This document shows positions 21,322 through 31,397 of a stretch of 64,000 nt of DNA, in pieces. The notes under the pieces were generated by a model, which was not told the origin of the DNA, made no database searches, and saw nothing but the letters and a program-made list of their open reading frames with translations. Location: NCBI RefSeq assembly GCF_000474745.1, contig NZ_ASJR01000004.1, positions 55,988 to 119,987 on the forward strand. Direction: 5' to 3'. Position numbers and translations under genes: made by a program. The number at the start of each line of letters is the position of its first letter. Position 1 is the stretch's first letter. The stretch comes from Chitinivibrio alkaliphilus ACht1. GTDB lineage: Bacteria > Fibrobacterota > Chitinivibrionia > Chitinivibrionales > Chitinivibrionaceae.

Positions 21322-23307
21322 ATGGAAGATGCTTTTACCAGCAGTGGCGTGGCATTTGCCTTTGGTGTTATCACGGGAGGGTTTATTGCGGTACTCCTCT
21401 CCATACTCTTTTTTATTATAGAAAACAGAGTACGATATGGACGGGAGAAGGAAAAGGAGCTTGTTGCTAAGACCGTGTCCGGACTCATGCGTCGTGTAAA
21501 TCATATTTTTATCAGCTATCGCTTGGGGGATATATCTTTCCGGCAGATGGAGGCAGAAAGCCGTGAGGTGATCTCTCAAATAGACGAGGAAGTTTCGGAA
21601 AATTCAGTCTTTTTGAACAATTCCTATGTTTCTATTATTCAACAGTATATCGATGAAAAAAATGAGAGCCTTGTAACAATTAAGGAGAGTTTGTCCGCTT
21701 CGTCAACCCAGGCAGCGGCCACAGATTACATACCCGATGGGGCTTCTTTCCAGAATGAATATGCACCTCGCATATCTTCAGCCACAGAGAATACAACTAC
21801 CCAAGAAGAAGAGGGGAGAGTTTCTTCTACAGATACTCAGGAAAAAGAAGCCCCCTTGGTATCACGCGAGTCTGAGACGATGGAAGCTCCCTCCACGGAG
21901 GACAACGCCTTCACAGATCTTACAGAATATATTGCCGGAGATGCTACGGATGAACCTCAGGATACAGAACCGGCTGTTTTTGAAAAAGATGATCGCCGAG
22001 ATACTGGATTAGAAGAACGGACGGTTACGGAGCAAACATCCGATGCGGCGTCTGGCGATATAGAACCTACTTATGCGGCGTCTGAAGATTTGAATGTCAG
22101 TGGTACAGAAGTGCTTAAGGACGATGCACTGTTACATGAACAAGATACTTCTGGTGTACATGGTTCTCATGATGAGGATGAGTCTTTCTCTCTTGGTGAT
22201 TTTATGGAAGAGAAATCTATGAAGGAGACAGTGGATACTTCTGCCGTAGATGAGATGGACGAGTCTGAATCTGGGGATGGTTCGAAGGAGCTTTCCCTCG
22301 ATGAAGCTGAATCTACGCCCCGTGATGCTACTGAGGATGCCTCCTTCTCCTTTGCGGGAAAACAAGATTTTACCGTCGAGGAAGAAGACGACTCTCATCC
22401 TGAGACTGAAGACGGTGCTTCATTAGGCCAAGAGCAGGAAACACCACACCACGAAAATAACGAGGAAGAGTTTGTTGATCTCCATTCTTCCGATCTTGCA
22501 ACTTCTGCTGCATCGAAGGAAAATTCCTCTTCGATGGAAGAACAAAATCAGGAGTCAGATGTCTCCTTGGCGATTGACGAAGATGATTTTAGTTTTGCTA
22601 TTGATAAGGCGTTTAATCTCACCTCGGAGGATGAGGAAGATGCGGTGGAGCAAGAGAACACATCCTTAGATGCAACCATTGAGCTTTCATCGGATACTCT
22701 CATGAGCGATGATACCTTGGCAGAGGAATCCCCCTTTGACTTCTCCTTTCATAGTGGGGGTGAAACCGAACAGAGGCAGACCGGAGATGAGGCTCCTACT
22801 GATCTTTCTGATCGTTCCCTGGATAGTATTGGCTTGGACGTATCTGAAGATACGGATGAAGCGTTTCCTTCTTTTCAGCATACTGATGAAGGCACATCCT
22901 TAGATACAACCATTGAGCTTTCGTCGGATACTCTCATGAACGATGATACCTTGGCTGAGGAGTCACCCTTTGACTTTTCCTTTCGCAGTGGAAGTGAACC
23001 TGAAAAGACTCAAGCTGATGATGAGTCTTCTCCTATTCCCGCGGAAAGTCCCCTTAATAGCATGGGTTTTGATTTTTCTGAAGATACAGAGGATGATTTC
23101 TCTTCCTTAGAAAGTCCCTTGGAGCGTACGCAGGAATTTAATCTTAATGACACAAGTGTACCCCTAGATCAGATAGATGTGGAAGCAACGCAGGAGTTTA
23201 ACCTCAACGACCTCATGTCTCAAGCAGAAGAGAGTAATGACTTGGATGATCAAGATATGGTGAGTGGGGACGATGTGGCGAATAAACTGGATGATCTATT
23301 TAAATAA
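21322..23307 (+). CDS. Membrane-anchored, highly acidic low-complexity protein with two tandem ~79-aa repeats
   Basis: N-terminal TM 'VAFAFGVITGGFIAVLLSILFFII', then a D/E/S/T-rich ~580 aa region. Repeats 'TIELSSDTLM[SN]DDTLAEESPFDFSF' appear twice, and 'TQEFNLND' appears twice. Confidence 0.55.
   Translation: MEDAFTSSGVAFAFGVITGGFIAVLLSILFFIIENRVRYGREKEKELVAKTVSGLMRRVNHIFISYRLGDISFRQMEAESREVISQIDEEVSENSVFLNNSYVSIIQQYIDEKNESLVTIKESLSASSTQAAATDYIPDGASFQNEYAPRISSATENTTTQEEEGRVSSTDTQEKEAPLVSRESETMEAPSTEDNAFTDLTEYIAGDATDEPQDTEPAVFEKDDRRDTGLEERTVTEQTSDAASGDIEPTYAASEDLNVSGTEVLKDDALLHEQDTSGVHGSHDEDESFSLGDFMEEKSMKETVDTSAVDEMDESESGDGSKELSLDEAESTPRDATEDASFSFAGKQDFTVEEEDDSHPETEDGASLGQEQETPHHENNEEEFVDLHSSDLATSAASKENSSSMEEQNQESDVSLAIDEDDFSFAIDKAFNLTSEDEEDAVEQENTSLDATIELSSDTLMSDDTLAEESPFDFSFHSGGETEQRQTGDEAPTDLSDRSLDSIGLDVSEDTDEAFPSFQHTDEGTSLDTTIELSSDTLMNDDTLAEESPFDFSFRSGSEPEKTQADDESSPIPAESPLNSMGFDFSEDTEDDFSSLESPLERTQEFNLNDTSVPLDQIDVEATQEFNLNDLMSQAEESNDLDDQDMVSGDDVANKLDDLFK
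22661..23130 (+). repeat. Two tandem ~235-bp coding repeats (about 90% nt identity across the first ~85 bp) inside the acidic protein gene
   Basis: Unit starts at ~22661 and ~22895 ('catccttagat[gc/ac]aaccattgagcttt...'). Confidence 0.7.
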
Positions 23308-23322
23308 AAGTGCAGGTGATAC

Positions 23323-24714
23323 GTGGGGGAGAAGATAGGCGTGAGTAGACGTCAAGATATTTGCGAGGTGAAAGCTCTTGAAAATCTACCCTGTAATGTG
23401 TCTGTTGCGGGATGGGTTCGCACGGTGCGCCGGGGCAAGAATATCCTTTTTATAGAGATAAATGATGGTTCCTGTCTGGAAAATCTTCAGGTTGTGTGTG
23501 ATCATCGGGTGAATTCTTTTTCGGAAATAGCAACGGTAAAAACAGGGGCATCGCTCAGTGTTTCGGGGAAATTGGTTATGTCGCCTGCATCGGGACAACG
23601 GGTTGAGTTGCAGGGGCAGATTGTACATATCTATGGCAGAGCCGATGCCACGTTTCCCTTGCAGAAAAAGGGGCACTCCATGGCATTTCTTCGAACCATG
23701 CCACATTTGCGTCCACGTACAAATACCTTTTCCGCGCTTACCCGGGTTCGTTCCGCCTTGAGTCAGGCCGTGCATCGTTTCTTTGATCAGCGCCGTTTTG
23801 TGTATCTGCATACTCCTATCATTACAGCCAATGATTGTGAAGGTGCAGGAGAGCTTTTTCAGGTAACCACACGAAAAGAAACTGAGGTAGCAGAGAGTCC
23901 TGACTCGTATGAACAGGACTTCTTTGGAAAAAAGACTTTTCTAACCGTGAGCGGTCAGCTTGAGGGTGAAGCTTATGCCACGGCCGTAGGAAAAATTTAC
24001 ACCTTTGGGCCAACATTTCGTGCAGAGAATTCCCATACCTCGCATCATTTGGCAGAGTTTTGGATGATAGAGCCTGAAGCGTCTTTTTATGAGTTGGGTG
24101 ACGTGATGAACTTGGCGGAAGACTTTTTGCGTTTTCTCTGTGGAGAACTTCTTTCGGTTTGTGCGGAGGACCTTTCTTTTTTTGATTCACGTATCTGTCC
24201 CGGAGTGCGAGAACGTCTTGAAAAAATACAGGAAACCCTCATTTGTCGCGTGTCATATACAGAGGCTGTCGCATCTATTCAAGAGGCTGATACAACCTTC
24301 GAAACAGCTTTGTCCTGGGGCATGGATCTCCAAAAAGAACATGAGCGGTATTTAACGGAAGTACTCTACGGCGCTCCTGTGATTGTGTATGATTATCCCC
24401 GTGAATTAAAACCGTTCTACATGAAAGTTAATGATGATACAAAAACCGTAGCAGCCATGGATCTTTTGGTTCCTCACGTGGGTGAATTAATTGGTGGGGC
24501 TGAGCGGGAGTCTCGCCTCGAGGTGCTTGTCGAACAGATGGCTCGTTGTAAGATTGATCCCAAGGCCTATGATTGGTATCTTGATTTGCGACGATATGGT
24601 TCTGTTCCCCACGGCGGTTTTGGTGTTGGTTTTGACCGACTCGTACAGTTTGTAACCGGTATGAAGAATATTCGTGATGTTATACCCTTTCCCCGATCAG
24701 CGGGATCTATTTAA
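23323..24714 (+). CDS. asnS: Asparaginyl-tRNA synthetase (class IIb aaRS with an OB anticodon-binding domain)
   Basis: OB fold '[23 protein letters not shown]'; motif 2 '[19 protein letters not shown]'; motif 3 '[11 protein letters not shown]'. A length of 463 aa fits AsnS rather than AspS. Confidence 0.7.
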   Translation: MGEKIGVSRRQDICEVKALENLPCNVSVAGWVRTVRRGKNILFIEINDGSCLENLQVVCDHRVNSFSEIATVKTGASLSVSGKLVMSPASGQRVELQGQIVHIYGRADATFPLQKKGHSMAFLRTMPHLRPRTNTFSALTRVRSALSQAVHRFFDQRRFVYLHTPIITANDCEGAGELFQVTTRKETEVAESPDSYEQDFFGKKTFLTVSGQLEGEAYATAVGKIYTFGPTFRAENSHTSHHLAEFWMIEPEASFYELGDVMNLAEDFLRFLCGELLSVCAEDLSFFDSRICPGVRERLEKIQETLICRVSYTEAVASIQEADTTFETALSWGMDLQKEHERYLTEVLYGAPVIVYDYPRELKPFYMKVNDDTKTVAAMDLLVPHVGELIGGAERESRLEVLVEQMARCKIDPKAYDWYLDLRRYGSVPHGGFGVGFDRLVQFVTGMKNIRDVIPFPRSAGSI

Positions 24715-24728
24715 GAAAAGAGGTTCCT

Positions 24729-24875
24729 ATGAAGTATGTTGTTCTCCTCTGTATGTTTGCCCTATTTGTTTCCTGTTCCTCTGGATCTCTTCTTTCTCCC
24801 GGAACCGGAGACGACTCAACTGTTTCCGATGAGTGGGTTCCCGAACGGTGGGATGATGAGGATAATGACGAATAA
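24729..24875 (+). CDS. Small acidic lipoprotein (48 aa). Not in the ORF track.
   Basis: 'MKYVVLLCMFALFVSCSSGS...' with lipobox 'FVSC', then 'DEWVPERWDDEDNDE'; begins 15 nt after the asnS stop. Confidence 0.45.
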   Translation: MKYVVLLCMFALFVSCSSGSLLSPGTGDDSTVSDEWVPERWDDEDNDE

Positions 24876-25305
24876 AGACACGGCAGACTATTTTCTGTAT
24901 CGTATTCTTGATGCCAATATGAATCGTCTTCGTGAAGGAATACGTGTGGTGGAAGAGTATTTTCGTTTTTTTTGTGAGGCTCCCAAGGAGACGCATCTTC
25001 TCAAAAACCATCGGCATATGCTGCAGGAGTTAGAAGAGGTTATTGGTGTCAATAATTTGCTAAACGCACGAGACGTTGCACGAGATATCCTTCGTGATGG
25101 TGCAACGGGAACAGAGCTTTCCCGAAGCTCTGTAGAACGGGTCTTCACCGCAAATATTCGTCGTGCCGAGGAGTCGGCTCGTGTAATAGAGGAGTATTGC
25201 AAGGTTCTTTCTTTGGAAGAGGCTGTGGTGATGGCAAAGAAAATTCGTTTTGATTTGTATGATTTAGAAGCAACTGTGGGGCTGAGTGGTTCGAAAAAAG
25301 ACTAA
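24856..25305 (+). CDS. Hypothetical helical protein (~150 aa). The start is uncertain: the track ORF begins at 24736 but overlaps the lipoprotein ORF.
   Basis: ORF 'MRIMTNKDTADYFLYRILDANMNRLREGIRVVEEYFRF...'. No confident family. Confidence 0.35.
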   Translation: MRIMTNKDTADYFLYRILDANMNRLREGIRVVEEYFRFFCEAPKETHLLKNHRHMLQELEEVIGVNNLLNARDVARDILRDGATGTELSRSSVERVFTANIRRAEESARVIEEYCKVLSLEEAVVMAKKIRFDLYDLEATVGLSGSKKD

Positions 25306-27670
25306 GGCAACGGTGAAGAAAGAGTCAGCTCCACGAGAGCAACGTGTTCGTATCCAAATATGGGGGTTGGTGTATCTGTCTGTAGCCATTCTTACTTTTG
25401 TGGCCCTTTTTTCCCACTATTATTCCCTTGACTCTGGTGTTATGGACAATGTACTTGGGCCGTATATTGGCACGTACCTCTCGCTTGGTTTAGGAGCTCT
25501 CTTTGCGCCGTTTCCCGCTGTATTTGTTCCCGTTGCTATTGGGGTAGTGGGGTGGAATATGCTATTTCAAAAACCCATACCGGTTCGGTATGTCTTTTTG
25601 ACAACCCTTTTTATTCTGTTGCTTTCCACAATTGCGTTTATTCCACGAATGCCTGCCATGGTGGGGGATGAGGTGTATCAGCTTGGAGGGGAAAATCTCA
25701 TGGGGTATTTTATCACCCGGGTTACCCTTCTGCCTCTTTTTGGAGATAAAATATTTGGTGCGTATTTTATTGTGTTTCTCCTGCTTATTATTACTATTAT
25801 GAGTTTCTTTCAACTTGATATTGTGCTTTTTATGCGACGTATATACGGGTGGGTAAGATCCCGTCTTGCTGTGCAAAAAAAGAAGGGGGCGAAGAATAGG
25901 CCACGGGATTTTATAAGAAATATTATATCCCGTATTCGTTCTCTTCTGCGTCCAAAAAAAACTGTCACGCGTCATGATACACAGGAAGCTATAGACATAG
26001 TACAATTTGAGCCGCCCCATGAAAATGAAACAAGAACAGACGCACCCGCCACGGCACCTTCGGAAGATCTCATTGTCTCCCCTGAAAAGGATGAACAGAA
26101 TCATGCCGGAAATGTTCCGGGATCTCATTCTGATGGTACTCCTCAAGAAGAATATGAACCTTCTCAAGCAGAGCAGTTCACAACCAGCTCGCGAGAACAT
26201 GCGCAGTATGTAATTCCTTCTGGTACAGTAATCCCCAATCCACCACGAAAAGACAACTCCATTGATCGTATTGCCTTGGAAGAAAAGGGACGTGTTCTGA
26301 TACAAACGCTCGAAGAGTTTAATGTAAAGGGGTGTACCATTGCTTCTATTCGCCCCGGTCCGGTAGTAAGTCGGTTTGAAATAAATCCGGCCCATGGTGT
26401 GCCGATTCGAAAAATATTGAAATTGCAGGATGATCTTGCTTTAAAGGTTGGGGGGCGTTCTATTCGTATCCAAGCGCCAATCCCTGGAAAATCCCTTGTG
26501 GGCATAGAGATTCCCAATGATACACGGGAAATTGTCTATTTTAAAGAGATTTTAGACTCCCGAGATTTTAAAAATTCCTCTGCAGCGCTTCCTGTCATTA
26601 TTGGGAAATCTATCTCCGGGCAACCCTTAATTGAAGATATTTCGAAAATGCCTCATCTTCTGATTGCAGGACAAACGGGAGCGGGGAAGTCTGTCGGTAT
26701 TAATTCTTTTATTGCCTCTCTTCTTCTCAGCAGAACCCCTGATGAGTTACGACTGATACTCATTGATCCGAAAAAGGTGGAAATGGCCTGTTATGAAGGT
26801 ATCCCTCACCTCATGTCTCCTGTTGTTACGGAGCCCGAAAAAGCAGTTGCTGCTCTTCAGTGGGGAGTTCGTGAAATGGAGTCTCGGTACAAGCTTCTTT
26901 CGCGGGTTGGCTCCAAAAATATAACCTCCTTTAACCAGAAATTTGACAGCGGACGTCTCTCCTCTTATGTTGAGCGGGGGGTGATTGAAGCAGAGGATGC
27001 AGAGAAGCTTCCCTATATTGTAATTATTGTTGATGAGTTAGCTGATCTGATGATGACGGCATCCAAGGATGTGGAGAAGTTGGTACAGCGTATTGCGCAG
27101 CTTGCCCGGGCTGTGGGAATTCATCTCATCGTTGCTACCCAGCGTCCATCCGTAGATATTATTACCGGGCCAATTAAGGCAAATTTAACCTCCCGTATCT
27201 CCTTTCGAACCATTCAGTCACAGGATTCGCGAACGATTCTCGGGTCGGTTGGTGCAGAAAAACTGCTGGGTATGGGAGATATGCTCTATTTAAAAAATGG
27301 AGCGCCAGCTATAGAACGGTATCATGGTGCTTTTATTTCGGAAGAGGATGTGGAAAATCTGGTGGCAGAAATTGCTGCGCAAGGTATTCAACCAGGCACT
27401 GTTGAATTTGATGAAGAGGAAGATACTGCTGCAACGGGAATTGTCGATAATGCTGATGACCTCTTTGAAGATGCGGCCCGTTTAGTGGTTTCCAATGGTT
27501 TGGGTTCAACATCAATGATACAACGGCGTTTGGAGGTTGGCTATGCCCGGGCTGGGCGTATTATGGATCAGCTTGAAAAAGCGGGTATTGTGGGCAAACC
27601 TAAGGGTAGTAAACCACGTGAACTGCTTGTAACAGATATGGAAGTACTTGATGAAATGTTCAATGCATAA
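25286..27670 (+). CDS. ftsK: DNA translocase FtsK/SpoIIIE
   Basis: N-terminal TM helices; Walker A 'GQTGAGKS'; Walker B 'IIVDELADLM'; gamma wHTH 'MIQRRLEVGYARAGRIMDQLE'. Confidence 0.85.
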   Translation: MVRKKTKATVKKESAPREQRVRIQIWGLVYLSVAILTFVALFSHYYSLDSGVMDNVLGPYIGTYLSLGLGALFAPFPAVFVPVAIGVVGWNMLFQKPIPVRYVFLTTLFILLLSTIAFIPRMPAMVGDEVYQLGGENLMGYFITRVTLLPLFGDKIFGAYFIVFLLLIITIMSFFQLDIVLFMRRIYGWVRSRLAVQKKKGAKNRPRDFIRNIISRIRSLLRPKKTVTRHDTQEAIDIVQFEPPHENETRTDAPATAPSEDLIVSPEKDEQNHAGNVPGSHSDGTPQEEYEPSQAEQFTTSSREHAQYVIPSGTVIPNPPRKDNSIDRIALEEKGRVLIQTLEEFNVKGCTIASIRPGPVVSRFEINPAHGVPIRKILKLQDDLALKVGGRSIRIQAPIPGKSLVGIEIPNDTREIVYFKEILDSRDFKNSSAALPVIIGKSISGQPLIEDISKMPHLLIAGQTGAGKSVGINSFIASLLLSRTPDELRLILIDPKKVEMACYEGIPHLMSPVVTEPEKAVAALQWGVREMESRYKLLSRVGSKNITSFNQKFDSGRLSSYVERGVIEAEDAEKLPYIVIIVDELADLMMTASKDVEKLVQRIAQLARAVGIHLIVATQRPSVDIITGPIKANLTSRISFRTIQSQDSRTILGSVGAEKLLGMGDMLYLKNGAPAIERYHGAFISEEDVENLVAEIAAQGIQPGTVEFDEEEDTAATGIVDNADDLFEDAARLVVSNGLGSTSMIQRRLEVGYARAGRIMDQLEKAGIVGKPKGSKPRELLVTDMEVLDEMFNA

Positions 27671-27681
27671 GGAGAGAGGCC

Positions 27682-29022
27682 ATGAGTTTTCCTGATTCTT
27701 TTCTCTGGGGGGCATCCACTGCGGCGTATCAAATTGAGGGTGCTGCTGCAACAGATGGTCGAGGTGCCTCTGTGTGGGATGCTTTTTGCCGAAAACCCGG
27801 AGCGGTGGTTGGAGGAGAAACGGGAGATGTGGCCTGTGATCATTACAATCGATATGCTGATGATATTGCCCTCTGGGCGTCTTTAGGGCTACAATCATAT
27901 CGCTTCTCCCTTTCGTGGTCACGCCTTTTTCCTCACGGCCGGGGACGGGTAAATTCCAAGGGGGTCGATTTCTATAATCGCGTAATTGACACGTTGCTGT
28001 TCCACAATATTACTCCGGTCATAACGCTCTTTCATTGGGACTTTCCCCTTGACTTATTTTATCAAGGGGGATGGCTTCATCGTGATAGTGCCTATTGGTT
28101 TGCCGACTACGCAGCCTTCGCAGCTCAAACCTTTGGCGATCGGGTTACATGGTGGATTACTCAGAATGAACCTCAGTGCTTTATTGAACTTGGGCATAAG
28201 ACTGGCTATCATGCACCGGGGCTTTCTCTACCGCAACGTGAGGTTTTATGGGCTGCTCATAATTCCCTTCGGGCCCATGGCTGTGCCTACGGACAAATGA
28301 AAGAGGTGCGGAATTCTCTCATGGTTGGGTATGGTCCCGTTGGCGTAACGTCTATCCCACAGGAGGAGACTTCAAAAAATATCATGCAGGCACGCCACCA
28401 CATGTTTTCACATACAGATGAGTCTCTTTTTACCAATACATGGTTTATGGACCCTGTTTTTAAGGGGGAATACCCTGAAGATGGGTGTCATTTCTATGGT
28501 ACAGATATGATTGAGTTTCACAGCAGTGATATGGAGGAAATTCATCAAGGTGCAGACTTCCTCGGTACAAACATCTATCACGGTACCTATATTAATGATA
28601 CAGGGGGTGAAGTAGCACCACCGCAAGGACATTCCACCACAGCCATGGGGTGGCCCATAACTCCCCGTGCGCTCTATTGGGGGCCTCGCTTCCTCTCTGA
28701 GCAGTATGGAGTACCCCTCGTCGTCACCGAAAATGGTATGGCCGGCACAGATTACGCAATGCCAGATGATACCATTATCGAAGACCCGTATCGAGTAGCC
28801 TATTTACGGCAGTATCTTCAAGAGCTTCGTCGGGCGTGCCGTGAAGGTGTTGACGTCCGTGGATACTTTGTGTGGTCAGCCCTTGATAATTTTGAGTGGG
28901 CAGAAGGATACGGAAAGCGCTTTGGTATTGTCTATGTCGATTATGAGACCCAAGAGCGTTTCTGCAAAAGGTCAGCCTTATGGTATAAAGAGGTTATAGA
29001 GAGCAATGGAAGAAATCTTTAG
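27682..29022 (+). CDS. GH1 beta-glucosidase
   Basis: N-terminal 'FLWGASTAAYQIEGA'; acid/base 'ITQNEP'; nucleophile 'VVTENGMA'. Confidence 0.85.
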   Translation: MSFPDSFLWGASTAAYQIEGAAATDGRGASVWDAFCRKPGAVVGGETGDVACDHYNRYADDIALWASLGLQSYRFSLSWSRLFPHGRGRVNSKGVDFYNRVIDTLLFHNITPVITLFHWDFPLDLFYQGGWLHRDSAYWFADYAAFAAQTFGDRVTWWITQNEPQCFIELGHKTGYHAPGLSLPQREVLWAAHNSLRAHGCAYGQMKEVRNSLMVGYGPVGVTSIPQEETSKNIMQARHHMFSHTDESLFTNTWFMDPVFKGEYPEDGCHFYGTDMIEFHSSDMEEIHQGADFLGTNIYHGTYINDTGGEVAPPQGHSTTAMGWPITPRALYWGPRFLSEQYGVPLVVTENGMAGTDYAMPDDTIIEDPYRVAYLRQYLQELRRACREGVDVRGYFVWSALDNFEWAEGYGKRFGIVYVDYETQERFCKRSALWYKEVIESNGRNL

Positions 29023-30121
29023 GAAGGAAGATCGGTATATGAAAAATATGTTCTGGAGTGATACGATTCAAGGATTGGAGCCGTATCAAGCAGGTGAACA
29101 GCCACAGGATAAGGCATATGTAAAACTGAACACTAATGAGAATCCCTATGGGCCTTCTCCGCGTGCTCAAGAGGTATTACGCCAGATTCCCTTTTCTGAT
29201 TTACGTTTGTATCCTGATCCTGAATCTTTGAAATTACGACAAAGTATTGCCACCTATTATGGGCGTTCTGTAGAAGAGGTTTTTGTTGGTAATGGTTCCG
29301 ATGAAATCCTCGCGTTTGTATATATGGCTTTTTTTCAAGGAAAGCGGCCAATCCGTATTCCCAGTATCACCTATAGCTTCTACCCTGTGTATTGTAATAT
29401 GTTTAATGTAGATGCTGTTCTTGAGCCCTTAGAGGATGATTTTACCCTGAATCTTGATTCGTACAGTACGGACAACGGCGGTATTATTTTTCCTAATCCC
29501 AATGCCCCCACGGGCCGAGCAGTTCCCTTGGAAGAGATACGCCAGCTTCTCCAAAGAAACACCGATTCTGTTGTGGTGGTGGATGAAGCATATGCCGATT
29601 TTGGTGCTGAGTCGGCGGTAGATCTTGTAGAGGAATTTCCGAATCTCTTGGTTGTGCAAACCTTTTCTAAATCCCGTTCTTTGGCGGGGCTTCGTGTTGG
29701 CTTTGCCATAGGAAATGCGGATCTTATTGCAGGGCTTTCAACAGTAAAAGATTCCTTTAATTCTTATCCTGTCGATCGGATTTCTCTGGAGGTGTGTGCC
29801 GCAGCCATGGATGATCATGACTACTTTGTTGAGTGTTGTGAAAAGATCAAGGCAACACGAGAGCGGGTGTCACAGCAACTTAGTTCCTGGGGTTTTTCCG
29901 TACTTCCTTCACAGGCCAATTTTATTTTTGTAAAACCTCCCGCCCCTATAACGGCAGAAAAAATGTACCTTCAGTTAAAAGAAAAAGGGGTGTTGGTTCG
30001 ATATTTTCATAATAAACCGGGAATAAAGGAATTTTGCCGGATTAGTATAGGATCTGATGCAGAGATGGATATCTTTATGGAGAAGATGTCTTCCATTCTT
30101 TCTTCGGTGGGGGTCGTATGA
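29006..30121 (+). CDS. hisC: Histidinol-phosphate aminotransferase. The start is probably the ATG near 29040.
   Basis: Class II aminotransferase; PLP-Lys context 'TFSKSRSLAGLRVGFAIG'. Confidence 0.8.
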   Translation: MEEIFRKEDRYMKNMFWSDTIQGLEPYQAGEQPQDKAYVKLNTNENPYGPSPRAQEVLRQIPFSDLRLYPDPESLKLRQSIATYYGRSVEEVFVGNGSDEILAFVYMAFFQGKRPIRIPSITYSFYPVYCNMFNVDAVLEPLEDDFTLNLDSYSTDNGGIIFPNPNAPTGRAVPLEEIRQLLQRNTDSVVVVDEAYADFGAESAVDLVEEFPNLLVVQTFSKSRSLAGLRVGFAIGNADLIAGLSTVKDSFNSYPVDRISLEVCAAAMDDHDYFVECCEKIKATRERVSQQLSSWGFSVLPSQANFIFVKPPAPITAEKMYLQLKEKGVLVRYFHNKPGIKEFCRISIGSDAEMDIFMEKMSSILSSVGVV

Positions 30122-30639
30122 ATCTTGATACAGTTATTGCTAAAATTCCTGATTTTCCCAAACCGGGAATTCTCTTTTATGATATTACGACCGTGTTTAA
30201 AACCCCGGCGGCACTTCGCTTTTGTCTTGAGCAAATCTGTTCACACTTCCCAGCAGAAGAAATTGACGGGGTCGTGGGAGTTGAAAGCCGTGGGTTTATC
30301 ATGAGTTCCCTCTACGCTCATGAGACTCAGACCCCGCTTCTTCTTGCTCGTAAGGCGGGAAAATTACCTGGGAAGACAGTGTCGAAGAAGTATGCCCTGG
30401 AATACGGTACGGCAACCATGGAAATGCATGTGGAAGATATTGTTGCGGGAAAAAGATACCTCATTGTGGATGATTTAATTGCCACAGGCGGAACTCTTGC
30501 CGCCGTGGCACATATGATAGAACAACAGGGGGGAGAAGTGGCAGGGATTTTTTCTATTATCGGCTTGCCCTTTCTTCAATATGAGGAGAAAATAGGTCAG
30601 TATCGAATCATTACCTTGCAGGACTATCACGGTGAGTAG
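30118..30639 (+). CDS. apt: Adenine phosphoribosyltransferase
   Basis: PRPP-binding 'LIVDDLIATGGT'; 173 aa. Confidence 0.85.
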   Translation: MNLDTVIAKIPDFPKPGILFYDITTVFKTPAALRFCLEQICSHFPAEEIDGVVGVESRGFIMSSLYAHETQTPLLLARKAGKLPGKTVSKKYALEYGTATMEMHVEDIVAGKRYLIVDDLIATGGTLAAVAHMIEQQGGEVAGIFSIIGLPFLQYEEKIGQYRIITLQDYHGE

Positions 30640-31384
30640 TCGTTCCTTGTGCTCCCATGAGTTTGGCATACTCATGGGGCGCATCAAGGCTTCTAATATC
30701 CACAAATTCTCCCCGAGGACACTCTCGCAGGGCTGTGAGTTGGGTTAATATGCGCTCAGCAGCCTTCCGTGGAGAGAGCATTACTCCTGTGGCGTGTGCT
30801 TCTGCTATGCGTTCTACGGCATGATATTTGTTTCGATCCACATCCGTACGCAGATAATGCGTCATCTGTGTGTCTATCAAGCCGGGGGCGAGGGCGGTGA
30901 GTCCTGTTTCCTGTGGAAACTCATGGGCGTATAACTTTATAAGCATATTACCTGCTGCTTTTGAAAGTGCATATCCTCCCCAGCCTCTATTTCCCACCAC
31001 AGCGGCTCCGGAAGAGATCAGTATGATGTGTCCCACGGAGTGTATATGGTGGAGAAACCAATCGAGAATACTTTTCTGAGCCCATACATTCACATTGAAG
31101 ATGTCTTGGAGTTCTGAAACCGCTGTTTCAGAAAGATCTGCAATTCTTCCCAATACCCCCGCATTGAGAATGACAAGATCCACATGCTTCAAATCTTTCA
31201 TCAGAGTGGTGAGGGTTGGGTGAATCGTTTCTCTTTTACGAATGTCACAAGTCGCATGTGTAATATCTGCGCGGGGGCAGTTCCGTCTGCTTATTCCATA
31301 CACATCCCAGCCGGCATCTGTTAAGGTTTCGCCGAGCCCAAGGCCGAGACCACTGCTTATTCCACTAATAAATGCCTTTTTCAT
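30611..31384 (-). CDS. Short-chain dehydrogenase/reductase (SDR)
   Basis: 'KKAFISGISSGLGLGL' Rossmann motif; 'YALSKAA' catalytic YxxxK. Confidence 0.7.
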   Translation of the reverse strand: MKKAFISGISSGLGLGLGETLTDAGWDVYGISRRNCPRADITHATCDIRKRETIHPTLTTLMKDLKHVDLVILNAGVLGRIADLSETAVSELQDIFNVNVWAQKSILDWFLHHIHSVGHIILISSGAAVVGNRGWGGYALSKAAGNMLIKLYAHEFPQETGLTALAPGLIDTQMTHYLRTDVDRNKYHAVERIAEAHATGVMLSPRKAAERILTQLTALRECPRGEFVDIRSLDAPHEYAKLMGAQGTTTHRDSPAR

Positions 31385-31397
31385 TGTTCCTCCTGTG

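Noticed and set aside
25562-26395. 277-aa minus-strand ORF, with similar long antisense ORFs at 9149-9544, 14898-15335 and 35866-36279
   Set aside because: They lie wholly inside well-supported genes (ftsK, the antiporter, the TPR gene, PFOR) on the opposite strand and have low-complexity, basic, junk-like composition.
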